NCBI GenBank assembly: GCA_030647775.1
Contig: JAUSJC010000005.1
Coordinates: 3,911 to 67,910, forward strand
Direction: 5' to 3'
Source: Candidatus Curtissbacteria bacterium
GTDB taxonomy: Bacteria > Patescibacteriota > Microgenomatia > Curtissbacterales > GWA2-41-24
Length of the DNA: 64,000 nucleotides
Both the position numbers and the translations under genes were made by a program. The notes below the pieces were generated by a model, which saw only the letters and a program-made list of their open reading frames with translations, did not search any database and had not been told where the DNA came from. Below are positions 1 through 8,536 of the stretch, piece after piece (within the stretch, counting starts at the first letter, position 1; every line of letters starts with the position of its first letter).

Positions 1-1
1 C

Positions 2-352
2 GCAAACATCGAGACAAAGTTTGATTCCATCGCCGCCAGAGTCGAAAAGTATTACACCACCAAAGTTGTACCAAGCGGCAAAACTGTTTCAAACTACGAC
101 AGTTTAGTTGCTGCTATCGCCGCCAAAAAAACGGCAGTCCAAACTGCGCTATCCACTGCCCAAAACGACGTTAATTCTTTCAGCTGCACCAGTTCCGACC
201 CCAAAAGCCAACTGCAAACATTCAGGGTTGATATGCAAAATGTTAAAAGCGCCCTCAAGGATTACCGCACCTCAATTAAAAACCTGATCGTTGCTGTGCG
301 TTCTGTCACGGGGGCTATGGAAAGGGAAAGTACAAAATCCACAAAACCATGA
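2..352 (+). CDS. hypothetical protein, C-terminal fragment (gene starts upstream of window)
   Basis: Open frame without stops from window start to TGA at 350-352; ATGA overlap with next ORF start at 349; not in ORF track because it lacks an in-window start. Confidence 0.4.
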   Translation, partial: ANIETKFDSIAARVEKYYTTKVVPSGKTVSNYDSLVAAIAAKKTAVQTALSTAQNDVNSFSCTSSDPKSQLQTFRVDMQNVKSALKDYRTSIKNLIVAVRSVTGAMERESTKSTKP

Positions 353-603
353 AACAAAAAGGTACCAGTTTAATATTGACAACAGTTATCGTTGGAACCA
401 TTGTAATTTTAGCTTTGGCTTTACTGCTTTTCCTAAAAGGCGGCACTACCAACACCATCCAAGAGGCTGTTACCCCTCCGAATCAAGCGGAAATCCAAAA
501 TAGCAGCGATCTGGATGCCTCCGCCAGCGATCTGGACATAACAAACATCGATAGCATGGACAACGATTTAAACCTAATCGGCCAGGACGCCTCGACTTTC
601 TAA
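349..603 (+). CDS. small membrane-anchored protein (N-terminal TM helix, acidic C-terminus), hypothetical
   Basis: ORF track; hydrophobic segment LILTTVIVGTIVILALALLLFL; translationally coupled to upstream ORF. Confidence 0.45.
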   Translation: MKQKGTSLILTTVIVGTIVILALALLLFLKGGTTNTIQEAVTPPNQAEIQNSSDLDASASDLDITNIDSMDNDLNLIGQDASTF

Positions 604-683
604 AACGCACGGCCAAAACCGCCAGTCCGCATTATTAAAGTGTATTAATGTCCGCGATCTGCTAAACTGGCGTTATCTAACTT

Positions 684-1025
684 ATGTTATCTATTCTTTT
701 GACGCTCATCCTAGCATTTGCAATTTCTTTCATTTTTACCATGGACGCCAGCCCGGCAACTTTGTACGTGGGAACCACAACCATAGCCGATGTACCCCTG
801 TTTTATATTGTCTTTGCGTCAATTATCATTGGCGTTCTCTTAGCCAGCGTAACCACGATAATAAATTTAATTAAATCCAAACTGACTATTTTTGGCAAAA
901 ACAAAGATCTCAAAAAATCCTATCAAACACAAGACAAGCAGCTGGAAAAAATTGATAAGTTAGAAGAAGAAAAAGTGACTCTCAAAGAGAAAGCAAAAGA
1001 ACTCCGATCCCAAAGTACACAATAA
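684..1025 (+). CDS. small membrane protein with two TM helices and a coiled-coil tail, LapA/DUF1049-like
   Basis: Two hydrophobic helices followed by a K/E-rich coiled coil; architecture resembles LapA/YciS-type proteins (similarity judged by eye only). Confidence 0.35.
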   Translation: MLSILLTLILAFAISFIFTMDASPATLYVGTTTIADVPLFYIVFASIIIGVLLASVTTIINLIKSKLTIFGKNKDLKKSYQTQDKQLEKIDKLEEEKVTLKEKAKELRSQSTQ

Positions 1026-1160
1026 TTAACAGTCAGCCAAAAATTACTTGCAATCACTTGTTCCCGCTATGAAACGCCGATCTTAATATTCTTATTTTTG
1101 TACATTCGTATCTTTATTACAACTCTTTATTACAACTAAAACTTTTATTCTATTTTCTTT

Positions 1161-1180
1161 TCGATTATTCGAATAATCGA
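1161..1180. promoter_or_regulatory. perfect 20-bp palindrome TCGATTATTCGAATAATCGA immediately 3' of the TrpR-like gene
   Basis: Read directly: reverse complement is identical to itself; a second copy of the core is at 1652-1669. Confidence 0.6.
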
Positions 1181-1183
1181 AAA

Positions 1184-1672
1184 TTACAAAGCTTCAAGTT
1201 GTCTTTTTCGTCTAGCAATAACCTTACTGGCCTGACTCTTCCTCTGCCAAGCACTAGAACCGTACATTTTCTGCGGCGAAAGCTGGATCAAAAGTTCCTC
1301 GAGGTTATTCCAAAACTTCTGGTTTTTCTCTTGGGCAAGAACGTGTTTAATTGCTTTCTGGTAACCTTGCGCTCCGGTTGAAATTTGTCTATGCACCATA
1401 CCAACAGTCGACTTAGAAACTTTTAACGTTTCATCTATCTCTTCATAATTAAATCCGCGGGCAAGAAGAACAGCAATCGCAAGTCTTTTGGAAAGCATCA
1501 CTTGTTCAGTATTAGAAAGCAGACTTTGCAGAAATTCTTTTATCCCAAGAGGGGTCTTAAGAGTAGCCAAGTAATCCCGAAATATCTCAAAAATCCGTTC
1601 TTCGATCTGGGGATTTATCTTCCTTTTTGACACTCGTCCCATCCTATACCAATTATTCGAATAATCGAACAA
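1184..1672 (-). CDS. TrpR/YerC/YecD-like small DNA-binding protein (paralog 1 of 3)
   Basis: Motif LSKRLAIAVLLARGFNYEEIDETLKVSKSTVGMV matches the Trp-repressor-like YerC/YecD HTH family. The ORF-track start is TTG, so the true start is probably the internal ATG (MGRVSKRK...) near 1642. Confidence 0.6.
   Translation of the reverse strand: MFDYSNNWYRMGRVSKRKINPQIEERIFEIFRDYLATLKTPLGIKEFLQSLLSNTEQVMLSKRLAIAVLLARGFNYEEIDETLKVSKSTVGMVHRQISTGAQGYQKAIKHVLAQEKNQKFWNNLEELLIQLSPQKMYGSSAWQRKSQASKVIARRKRQLEAL
1652..1669. promoter_or_regulatory. palindrome ATTATTCGAATAATCGAA in the promoter/5' end of the TrpR-like gene (putative operator)
   Basis: Same palindromic core as at 1161-1180; lies immediately upstream of the probable true start codon. 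Confidence 0.5.
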
Positions 1673-1785
1673 AATGTCAATTAATCAATAGCACTATTTC
1701 AAAAATTATTTATTTCCAGAATGAAAAGCCTTGTACGCCCTTCGACTTCACTTCGCATTCGCTCAGTGTGAACGCTCAGGGTAAA

Positions 1786-2721
1786 CTATTTGTTACCGGA
1801 ATGGAAAACCTTGTGAACATTGCGTAATTGCTGATTGGTTACGTGCGTGTAAATCTGCGTCGTAGCCACGTTTTTGTGGCCCAGAAGCTCCTGAACGCTC
1901 CTAAGATCCGCCCCGTTCATCAAAAGGTCTGTGGCAAAGGAATGCCTTAAAACGTGAGGTGAAACTTTCACCGGCAGCCGGGCTTTCCTGGTATATTTAT
2001 CGACAACCCGTTGGACAGAACGGGGAGTTAAACGCATCTTCTCGCCGTTTATGGCAGGCGACTGGTTACCAGCGTAGCGGATAAAGAGGGGACTAAAATT
2101 GTCAGATCTTTTGACCAGATATTTTTCCAGCCAAATCGCCGCCCGATCCGAAATAAAAACCACCCTCGGCCGCTGACCCTTACCGATAACGCCAAACTCC
2201 TTGCGCTCCAAATTAACCTGGTCGCAGTTCAACTTACAAAGCTCCGAGACACGCAAACCTGTTGAAAAAAGCATTTCCATTAGAGCCTTATCCCGAAGTC
2301 CTCTCTCTTTGGAAACATCAGGCTGTGCTAAAAGTCTTTCCATCTGATCTCGGTCTAAAAACTTCAAACTACGACTTTCGACTTTTGGCAAATCGATTTT
2401 ATCCGGCGCCACCACTTTTAAATCCTTTCTTATCAAATACTTGAGGAATGATCTTAGCGCGATAACGTAATAATTTTGGGTGACTTTTTTAAGGGGTAAA
2501 TTACCGTTTGGGCTATTAAAATGGGCTAAATACACGCGATATTTACGGACCAAGTCAACAGTTAAATCCTCGGGGCGGGCAATGGGGGAGTTGGCGAGAG
2601 ACCACGCACAAAAAATGACAAGATAATGCCGGTAGTCACGGATCGTTAGGGGAGAGAGGTTTCTTTCAATCTCTAAATACTCCAAAAACTCATCAACAAG
2701 TGCGGGCAGATCAAATTGCAT
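1786..2721 (-). CDS. xerC/xerD: site-specific tyrosine recombinase XerC/XerD family
   Basis: C-terminal catalytic signature HVLRHSFATDLLMNGADLRSVQELLGHKNVATTQIYTHV; N-terminal SAM-like core-binding domain. Confidence 0.85.
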   Translation of the reverse strand: MQFDLPALVDEFLEYLEIERNLSPLTIRDYRHYLVIFCAWSLANSPIARPEDLTVDLVRKYRVYLAHFNSPNGNLPLKKVTQNYYVIALRSFLKYLIRKDLKVVAPDKIDLPKVESRSLKFLDRDQMERLLAQPDVSKERGLRDKALMEMLFSTGLRVSELCKLNCDQVNLERKEFGVIGKGQRPRVVFISDRAAIWLEKYLVKRSDNFSPLFIRYAGNQSPAINGEKMRLTPRSVQRVVDKYTRKARLPVKVSPHVLRHSFATDLLMNGADLRSVQELLGHKNVATTQIYTHVTNQQLRNVHKVFHSGNK

Positions 2722-2737
2722 TTTGCGTTAGTCGTTA

Positions 2738-2838
2738 GCCTGCCCGTCAAAGCCTTGGCGTCGGCGGGTCTTTCGTCGTTAGGCGACCTAATTTTAGGCC
2801 CGCAGTCCGAAGGACGAGGACCGCATGGCACTGTATAT
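2738..2838. repeat. intergenic composite of two dispersed repeat families (GC-rich GCCTGCCCGNCAAAGCCTTGGNGTCGGCGGG unit plus CCGCAG-hairpin-GACGAGGACCGCATGGCACTGTATAT unit)
   Basis: The first unit recurs at 40376-40410 and the second at 5301-5343, 11761-11800, 15349-15402 and other sites (see findings). Confidence 0.7.
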
Positions 2839-2956
2839 TGTACGACGCTTTCAGGTTTAAAATCAATAGGCGTTGAATCTAACCCCGCAATTCTGCGACA
2901 TCAAGAATATCCAATTTGACAAACAAAGTAGGAGAATAGTAAATTATAGGGCTTAA

Positions 2957-3544
2957 ATGACAACGGAAGGCCATCCACTTTATCTAACAGTTAATCATAA
3001 TCTTAGCTTCGAGGAATGGGCCCAGCTTAGGAGTTTAAGGGCAGCAAGAATAAGAACGTTCGTTGTCCCAAAACTCGACAGGGATCTTCAAAGACTTAAT
3101 AGCCCTGAGGCAACTACATTTGTACAAGAAGCAACACAAGAGCTTGAAGCAATATGCCAAACGAGATTCGTAAGCGGAGACAGGCCTTCTCCAATTCCCA
3201 TTTTTGCTATTCTCCAAGAAGACAATGGTACTCACAGATACAATCTAAATGACGGCGGGGGAGAACATAGCGAAGCAACTTTAGCCGCAGCTCAATTCTT
3301 AATTGAAGCACTCTGCCCAGAGCTCGGCTTAGACATGAACAATGATCTAGAAACATTACTCCAAAAAGCCCAAGCCGCAGAAAAGCTGGGCTACGGCGAC
3401 GCTTATAATATTGATGCTTATAATATTGATAAGGTTTCTCAACCAAATCACGTACAATTTTCGACAATTTTACCAGGAATAACAATCGGATTCAGTTTCT
3501 ATCCTTCAGGAAGATACATCTCTCTAGCGTGGGAAGTATATTAA
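2957..3544 (+). CDS. hypothetical protein
   Basis: ORF track; no recognisable motifs; contains DAYNIDAYNID tandem peptide. Confidence 0.45.
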   Translation: MTTEGHPLYLTVNHNLSFEEWAQLRSLRAARIRTFVVPKLDRDLQRLNSPEATTFVQEATQELEAICQTRFVSGDRPSPIPIFAILQEDNGTHRYNLNDGGGEHSEATLAAAQFLIEALCPELGLDMNNDLETLLQKAQAAEKLGYGDAYNIDAYNIDKVSQPNHVQFSTILPGITIGFSFYPSGRYISLAWEVY

Positions 3545-3560
3545 CTGCTAAAATAACTTA

Positions 3561-4277
3561 ATGGCAGACCCTAAATACAAAAGAGTTCTTCTAAAACTTT
3601 CCGGTGAAACATTCTTAGGCAAACGCGAATATGGCATCGATCCTGAATTTTGCCAATGGCTTGCCCGCGAAATTATCAAAGCTAAAGAAAGCGGCACTCA
3701 AATTGCTATCGTTGTCGGCGGCGGCAACATTTTCCGTGGCAATTCGGCCGAGGAAAACGGACTTGAAAGAACCGTCGGCGATTATATCGGCATGCTGGCA
3801 ACTATTATGAATTCACTTGCTCTTCAAGCAGCCCTGGAGAAAGAAAACCAGCCGACACGCGTCCTTTCGGCAATCGACATCAAAGACGTTTGCGAACCGT
3901 ATGTCCGCCGCCGTGCCATCCGCCATATGGAAAAGGGAAGAGTCGTCATTTTTGCCGGCGGCACCGGCAACCCTTTCTTCACCACCGATTCGGCAGCTGC
4001 CCTGCGCGCTCTGGAGACAGAATGCGAAATAATCCTAAAAGCCACTAAAGTTGATGGCGTTTACGACAAAGACCCGCAAAAAAACCCGGGCGCCAAAAAA
4101 TTTGAGAGTTTAACATTCGCCGAAGCCATTGCCAACAAAGAAATAGAAATTATGGACAACAGCGCGCTTTCACTTTGTATGGACCACAAAATCCCCATTG
4201 TGGTTTTTGATATCGCCAAAGAAAATAATATCCAAAAAGCTGTCACCGGCGAAAAAATCGGCACCCTGATCTCGTAA
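3561..4277 (+). CDS. pyrH: UMP kinase
   Basis: KRVLLKLSGE...IAIVVGGGNIFRG...VVIFAGGTGNPFFTTDSAAALRA are the canonical amino-acid kinase/PyrH motifs. Confidence 0.95.
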   Translation: MADPKYKRVLLKLSGETFLGKREYGIDPEFCQWLAREIIKAKESGTQIAIVVGGGNIFRGNSAEENGLERTVGDYIGMLATIMNSLALQAALEKENQPTRVLSAIDIKDVCEPYVRRRAIRHMEKGRVVIFAGGTGNPFFTTDSAAALRALETECEIILKATKVDGVYDKDPQKNPGAKKFESLTFAEAIANKEIEIMDNSALSLCMDHKIPIVVFDIAKENNIQKAVTGEKIGTLIS

Positions 4278-4322
4278 CCCACCCCATAGTCTTTTGTTTA
4301 ATTTTTATGGTAGAATTCTCTT

Positions 4323-4742
4323 ATGAGAAAAGAAACAAAGAATGATTATGTAAGGTTTTTGCTAAATGAATACGATCTAATGGTAACCGGGCGGCCGCAG
4401 GCTTTAGCATTTAATCAAAATCGCAAAGCTCTTAATCTAAGATTAGTTGATTTTCGCCCGTTATATCTTGGGGTAAATATCTTCGCCGACATGTATGGCG
4501 ACTCTACCTTTCTCGCTCAAGCAATCCCGGTTGAAACACACATTCCCGAAGATACCGATGAAATTCCGGTTAACTCCTTGGGAATCCATGACCTTATTAG
4601 AAAACTCCGCAGTCACATTAATACTAATTATCCTGACTTTGCCAATTTACCCATCTGTGTTTACTTATCACACCGGGATTTCTTAAGACACAACCCAAGG
4701 TATGCTATTGCACCTTACCGTAGACTCCGAAAAACAGCCTAA
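4323..4742 (+). CDS. hypothetical protein
   Basis: ORF track only. Confidence 0.4.
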   Translation: MRKETKNDYVRFLLNEYDLMVTGRPQALAFNQNRKALNLRLVDFRPLYLGVNIFADMYGDSTFLAQAIPVETHIPEDTDEIPVNSLGIHDLIRKLRSHINTNYPDFANLPICVYLSHRDFLRHNPRYAIAPYRRLRKTA

Positions 4743-4774
4743 AATCATCATTGTTTAAAGCTCCAAGCCCGCCA

Positions 4775-5195
4775 AAGGCCCCAGAACGGCTTTTTACTGT
4801 CCTAATAGGACAAACAAGTCGTTTACTACTTGCTCAATCAGCAACAAAAAGCGGCTAAAAAAATCTTTACATAACAAATGGGGGATAAATGCATCAGAAT
4901 AGTCAAAGTGCAAAGGTCAAAGTGCAAAGGTCAAAAGAGAGTATTATAACTTTAATTGAAAGTTAAAGTGGAAAATTGAAAATTTCTTATTTTTAGCTAT
5001 TCTCTCCCTCTCACGCTCACTTTGCGTCGCAAAAGTATCATTGTGCGACGCATTACATAAATAAAGATATACCTCCTTTGGGGAGTATAAGCGGACAAAT
5101 TTCGACAATTTATAAAACCATTAACCATTAACTATTTACCATTTACTGCCCTAAAGGCCCCTTCCCCGGAAAATCTAAAAAGCCGTTCTTGCCCT
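4775..5195. repeat. non-coding element bounded by ~18-bp inverted termini (CCCCAGAACGGCTTTTT ... AAAAAGCCGTTCTTGCCC), containing tandem 14-mers and a 9-bp-stem hairpin; MITE-like
   Basis: Termini are reverse complements of each other (4780-4799 vs 5178-5195); tandem AGTGCAAAGGTCAA x2 at 4906-4936; hairpin TGCGTCGCA-N12-TGCGACGCA at 5021-5050; no ORF. Confidence 0.5.
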
Positions 5196-5691
5196 TAGCA
5201 GTCTTTTCCTAGTCCCGCCAGAAGTTTTTGACTACCGACACATTGGAGAGTAAATAGGCCGATAACACTCTACTCTAAAGCGCTGTATAGCAAAAAACCG
5301 TTAGGCCCGCAGTCCGAGCGGAGCGAAGGACGAGGACCGCAAGACTCAACCACCATTTACATTTCTGTTCTGGTCGCTTTGGACCTGAACGAAATCATAT
5401 TGTTGAGTCTTATAATATCTATTTTCACGCTTTTCAACCCGCATATTTTCACGGAATACTATAACTCTATCAAACTATATCACCACTTACTACCACCCCA
5501 CTCTCCCACTCCTCTGCTTTTAAGAGAATTTTTTGAGGCTAATTTGAAGCTAAATCGAAGCTAACTATTAACCATTGACTATCTACTATTAACCCCCGAT
5601 ACCCACTTCCCCGAGAAAAACTATGGGCTTTATTCTTGGCTCCTTAATTGGAAATTGAAAATTTGAAATTGGAAATTCCCGCGAGCGGGGT

Positions 5692-6501
5692 CTATCCTCC
5701 CCATCTCGTGGCAAAGATAATAACCAAAAATACAATTCCGGCTACGCCAAGATGCTCCCAAACAGCCCTTGGCTTCATTTTCCCGGCAAAATCAAGCTGA
5801 GCTAAGGCCAGAAGTACGTACATAATAGTCGCCACCGCCAAAGCTTCAAAAATCGGCGCAATCGGCCAGAAAGAAAAAACCAGCGTGATCTGGAGCGTTA
5901 AATAAGTAAAAATGGCGGCATAATTAAAGACTCTTCTTGAAATAAAATCCTCAAGCTCATTTGCCCACAACCCGACTAGATAAAGCGGCAAAACGATCCC
6001 GGCTACACCCAACATCGTCCAGTAAAAAGCCAGATGCAGAGAAAATAGGACGTTAGCCAGGAAAAAAGTCGAAATCAGTGAAAATAATACGCCAACCGCG
6101 TTGGCCGCCCGAAGCAGTGCAATCGTCCTGATCGCCGCAACGTTGTAGATATTGGAAGTCAGCATTAAAAGATAAACGGAAATCCCAAATACTACCGCAA
6201 ACGGCAGACGCGTCAACCACCTGACGGGTAGCAAAAAGTAAAAAAGCGAAGCCCCGGCTACAAAATAAACCGGCAATAAGAGAAGAAGAAAGTATTTCAC
6301 CCCTGAAAGTTCACCCCAAAGGCTAAAGGCGGCCAGAAAAAGTGTGGCCAGCGCTAAAATTCCGATAATCTGGAAGCGCAACCCCTCCGGCACGGTCTGG
6401 ATTGTCACCAAAATCACCGTCAGAAAAAAAGACATCAGAATAAACTTTTGCCTTTTGGTAATTTCGTACGAAGTTACTTTTCTGAAAAAACTGCTGCCCA
6501 T
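5692..6501 (-). CDS. polytopic integral membrane protein, hypothetical
   Basis: Seven or more hydrophobic helices; no catalytic motif recognised. Confidence 0.5.
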   Translation of the reverse strand: MGSSFFRKVTSYEITKRQKFILMSFFLTVILVTIQTVPEGLRFQIIGILALATLFLAAFSLWGELSGVKYFLLLLLPVYFVAGASLFYFLLPVRWLTRLPFAVVFGISVYLLMLTSNIYNVAAIRTIALLRAANAVGVLFSLISTFFLANVLFSLHLAFYWTMLGVAGIVLPLYLVGLWANELEDFISRRVFNYAAIFTYLTLQITLVFSFWPIAPIFEALAVATIMYVLLALAQLDFAGKMKPRAVWEHLGVAGIVFLVIIFATRWGG

Positions 6502-6524
6502 TTTAAGCGCTAAATGACGAATGA

Positions 6525-7106
6525 CTAACGCCTAACGTTTTTTGTCTTCACCTTAGTCTTTAGTCCTTCGTCGTTAGTCGCTGTTTTAATAACATGGCAA
6601 ATCGCCACAGCCAGTGCATCCGCCGCGTCGTCAATATAACCCTTCGCGGGCTTTGCCAGTTTATGTTTATGCAAATGGCGCATTACGTGCTTTTGAATCT
6701 CCTTCTTGTCTGATTTGCCGCTGCCTGTCACAGTCAGTTTGACCGAAAGCCCCTGATACTCAAATATCGGCACGCGATTGTTGTAACCGGCAATAGTTGA
6801 AAGCACTACTCCCCTTGCCTGCCCCACAGTCATTGCTGTTCTCGAGTTAATGCCAAAGAACAATTGCTCGATCGCTATACAATCCGGTTTATATCGTTTG
6901 AGAAGTACTTTTAAATCTTTGCCAATCGAAAAAAGCCTCATGGGCATCGCCTGTTCTTTGGGGGTAACAATACAGCCGTATTCGATAAGAGTTAGGCCAT
7001 TGGTCCTGAGCGAAGTCGAAGGACCGTTGTTCTTGGAACTGGGCTCTTTTTTTACCACGCCGTAACCGGTTGTCGCCGTTCCCGGATCTATACCAAAAAT
7101 TATCAT
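6525..7106 (-). CDS. ruvC: crossover junction endodeoxyribonuclease RuvC (C-terminal tail extended through a repeat element)
   Basis: MIIFGIDPGTATTGYGVV...IAIEQLFFGINSRTAM matches the RuvC catalytic N-terminus; the last ~20 codons overlap the CGTTAGTC/TGACTAA repeat cluster. Confidence 0.85.
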   Translation of the reverse strand: MIIFGIDPGTATTGYGVVKKEPSSKNNGPSTSLRTNGLTLIEYGCIVTPKEQAMPMRLFSIGKDLKVLLKRYKPDCIAIEQLFFGINSRTAMTVGQARGVVLSTIAGYNNRVPIFEYQGLSVKLTVTGSGKSDKKEIQKHVMRHLHKHKLAKPAKGYIDDAADALAVAICHVIKTATNDEGLKTKVKTKNVRR

Positions 7107-7856
7107 TTAATTGTCAAAATCCCTCGGATTAGGCCCATCATATTCCACATCTTCTTCGCTGAGTCGTCTAACCGGTTTTCCCCTTGTCGCTTCCTCAACA
7201 ACATGGGCAACCAGCCCCGGAGTCCTGGCGATTATAAAAATGCCCTTCCCCACCTTAGAATCAAAACCCATTTCCAAAAGAAGCGCCGCTATAATCCCAT
7301 CAATATTGAGTGGCAAATTTTTACCCTGAGCTTGTCGAAGGGCCTCTTCGACCCCTTTTGCCAGCTCCACATACTTCCCCTCAAACCCAAACTCACGGGC
7401 CAGTTCAATTAGCCTCTCTGTCCTAGGGTCTCTCTCATACAGCTTATGGCCAAAACCCGCTACACGCTTGTCTTTTGCCTTAAAATCGGCTATCAGCGCC
7501 TCTGGGCCGCGGTCTTGGTAAGCCGCGAAGTTTTCCATTGCGGCTTCAATCGCTCCGCCGTGATATTCACCAAGCGCCAGTATCCCACCGGCCACAGCAG
7601 CCTGAACCGGACTGCCGCCTGAATAAATGTTTCTGGCCGCCACAACCGAAGCCGGCTCCACGCCGTGATCGATAGAAATCGTCAAGATTGCATCGAGCAT
7701 TTTCTCCGCTTCCGCGCCCGGCATCTCGCCCTTTAAAACTAAATAAATAGCCGCCGAAAAAGATTTCGCCCCGGCAAGTTTTGTCAGGTCGTAACCATAT
7801 ACATGGGGTTTACCTTCTACATGAGTGGTTATCGAGGTACGATACGCTTTTGGCAT
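7107..7856 (-). CDS. citrate-synthase-family small protein, citryl-CoA lyase (Ccl)-like
   Basis: 249 aa and lacks the large N-terminal citrate synthase domain; contains the GFGHKLYERDPR citrate-synthase signature region. Confidence 0.6.
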   Translation of the reverse strand: MPKAYRTSITTHVEGKPHVYGYDLTKLAGAKSFSAAIYLVLKGEMPGAEAEKMLDAILTISIDHGVEPASVVAARNIYSGGSPVQAAVAGGILALGEYHGGAIEAAMENFAAYQDRGPEALIADFKAKDKRVAGFGHKLYERDPRTERLIELAREFGFEGKYVELAKGVEEALRQAQGKNLPLNIDGIIAALLLEMGFDSKVGKGIFIIARTPGLVAHVVEEATRGKPVRRLSEEDVEYDGPNPRDFDN

Positions 7857-7900
7857 AAATTAAGTATACTTGATCTTGCACTAAAGTATCATCGCCTACA

Positions 7901-8374
7901 CTATCTACCGCTGGTATATCCTAATTCTCGTAAAGCCTGCCCTAACCCAACAACGCCCCGCTTGTCAATATTATTATCTATTATGACCCTAAAAGCATCT
8001 GCCCCTGTCCGAACATCTTTTCCAATTACAACGAGATTCTTATAGTGTTCCGGTTCACCCGCCCAATCCAAGTCCCCATAAGTATCAGCAATTCCAAACC
8101 ACACTCCGTCTACTTGAATCTTTCCATAAACTGTTCTCCTATCATTATTTGGCATTATCGGGCCTTCAAGCTTTTCAAAACCCGGATAGAGCGTTTCTGG
8201 TGCGCCGATTTTTGCGCCAGTATGCTGTTTGACTAAACGTGCCAAATCCTTACCCAGCTTCCGTCTGTATTCTGCTTCATAGTTCCTTTGAGCCTCGCAG
8301 CTCCTTGCGGCCCCTTGTCTTTGAACCTCTTCTCTTCTGCGCTGATCTTCTAATGATCTTTCAATCCAGCTCAT
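7901..8374 (-). CDS. hypothetical protein
   Basis: ORF track only. Confidence 0.4.
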   Translation of the reverse strand: MSWIERSLEDQRRREEVQRQGAARSCEAQRNYEAEYRRKLGKDLARLVKQHTGAKIGAPETLYPGFEKLEGPIMPNNDRRTVYGKIQVDGVWFGIADTYGDLDWAGEPEHYKNLVVIGKDVRTGADAFRVIIDNNIDKRGVVGLGQALRELGYTSGR

Positions 8375-8536
8375 GTATATTTAACTTTCGGCCTCGCATT
8401 TTAGCAAAAAGGGGCAACCGAATCAACCCAAAGTCCGCGATCCAACAACATTCAAATCGCCTTTTTAATTAAGTTCGGGATATCTTCAAAATTTCTATTA
8501 CTCTGTATCACTGATTTAAATCACTAAAACAAAATT

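Noticed and set aside
291-503. 70-aa ORF at window start
   Set aside because: Out of frame with, and overlapping, two better-supported ORFs (partial upstream CDS ending at 352 and the 349-603 membrane protein).
1786-2721. Prophage or integrative element anchored by the tyrosine recombinase
   Set aside because: Catalytic motif and length match chromosomal XerC/XerD. Flanking genes (pyrH, a TrpR-like regulator) are not phage-like, and no attachment-site duplications were seen around it.
4905-4936. Possible CRISPR array (tandem AGTGCAAAGGTCAA and other direct repeats in the 4743-5691 island)
   Set aside because: Only two adjacent copies without spacers of regular length; no cas genes; repeats are too short and irregular.
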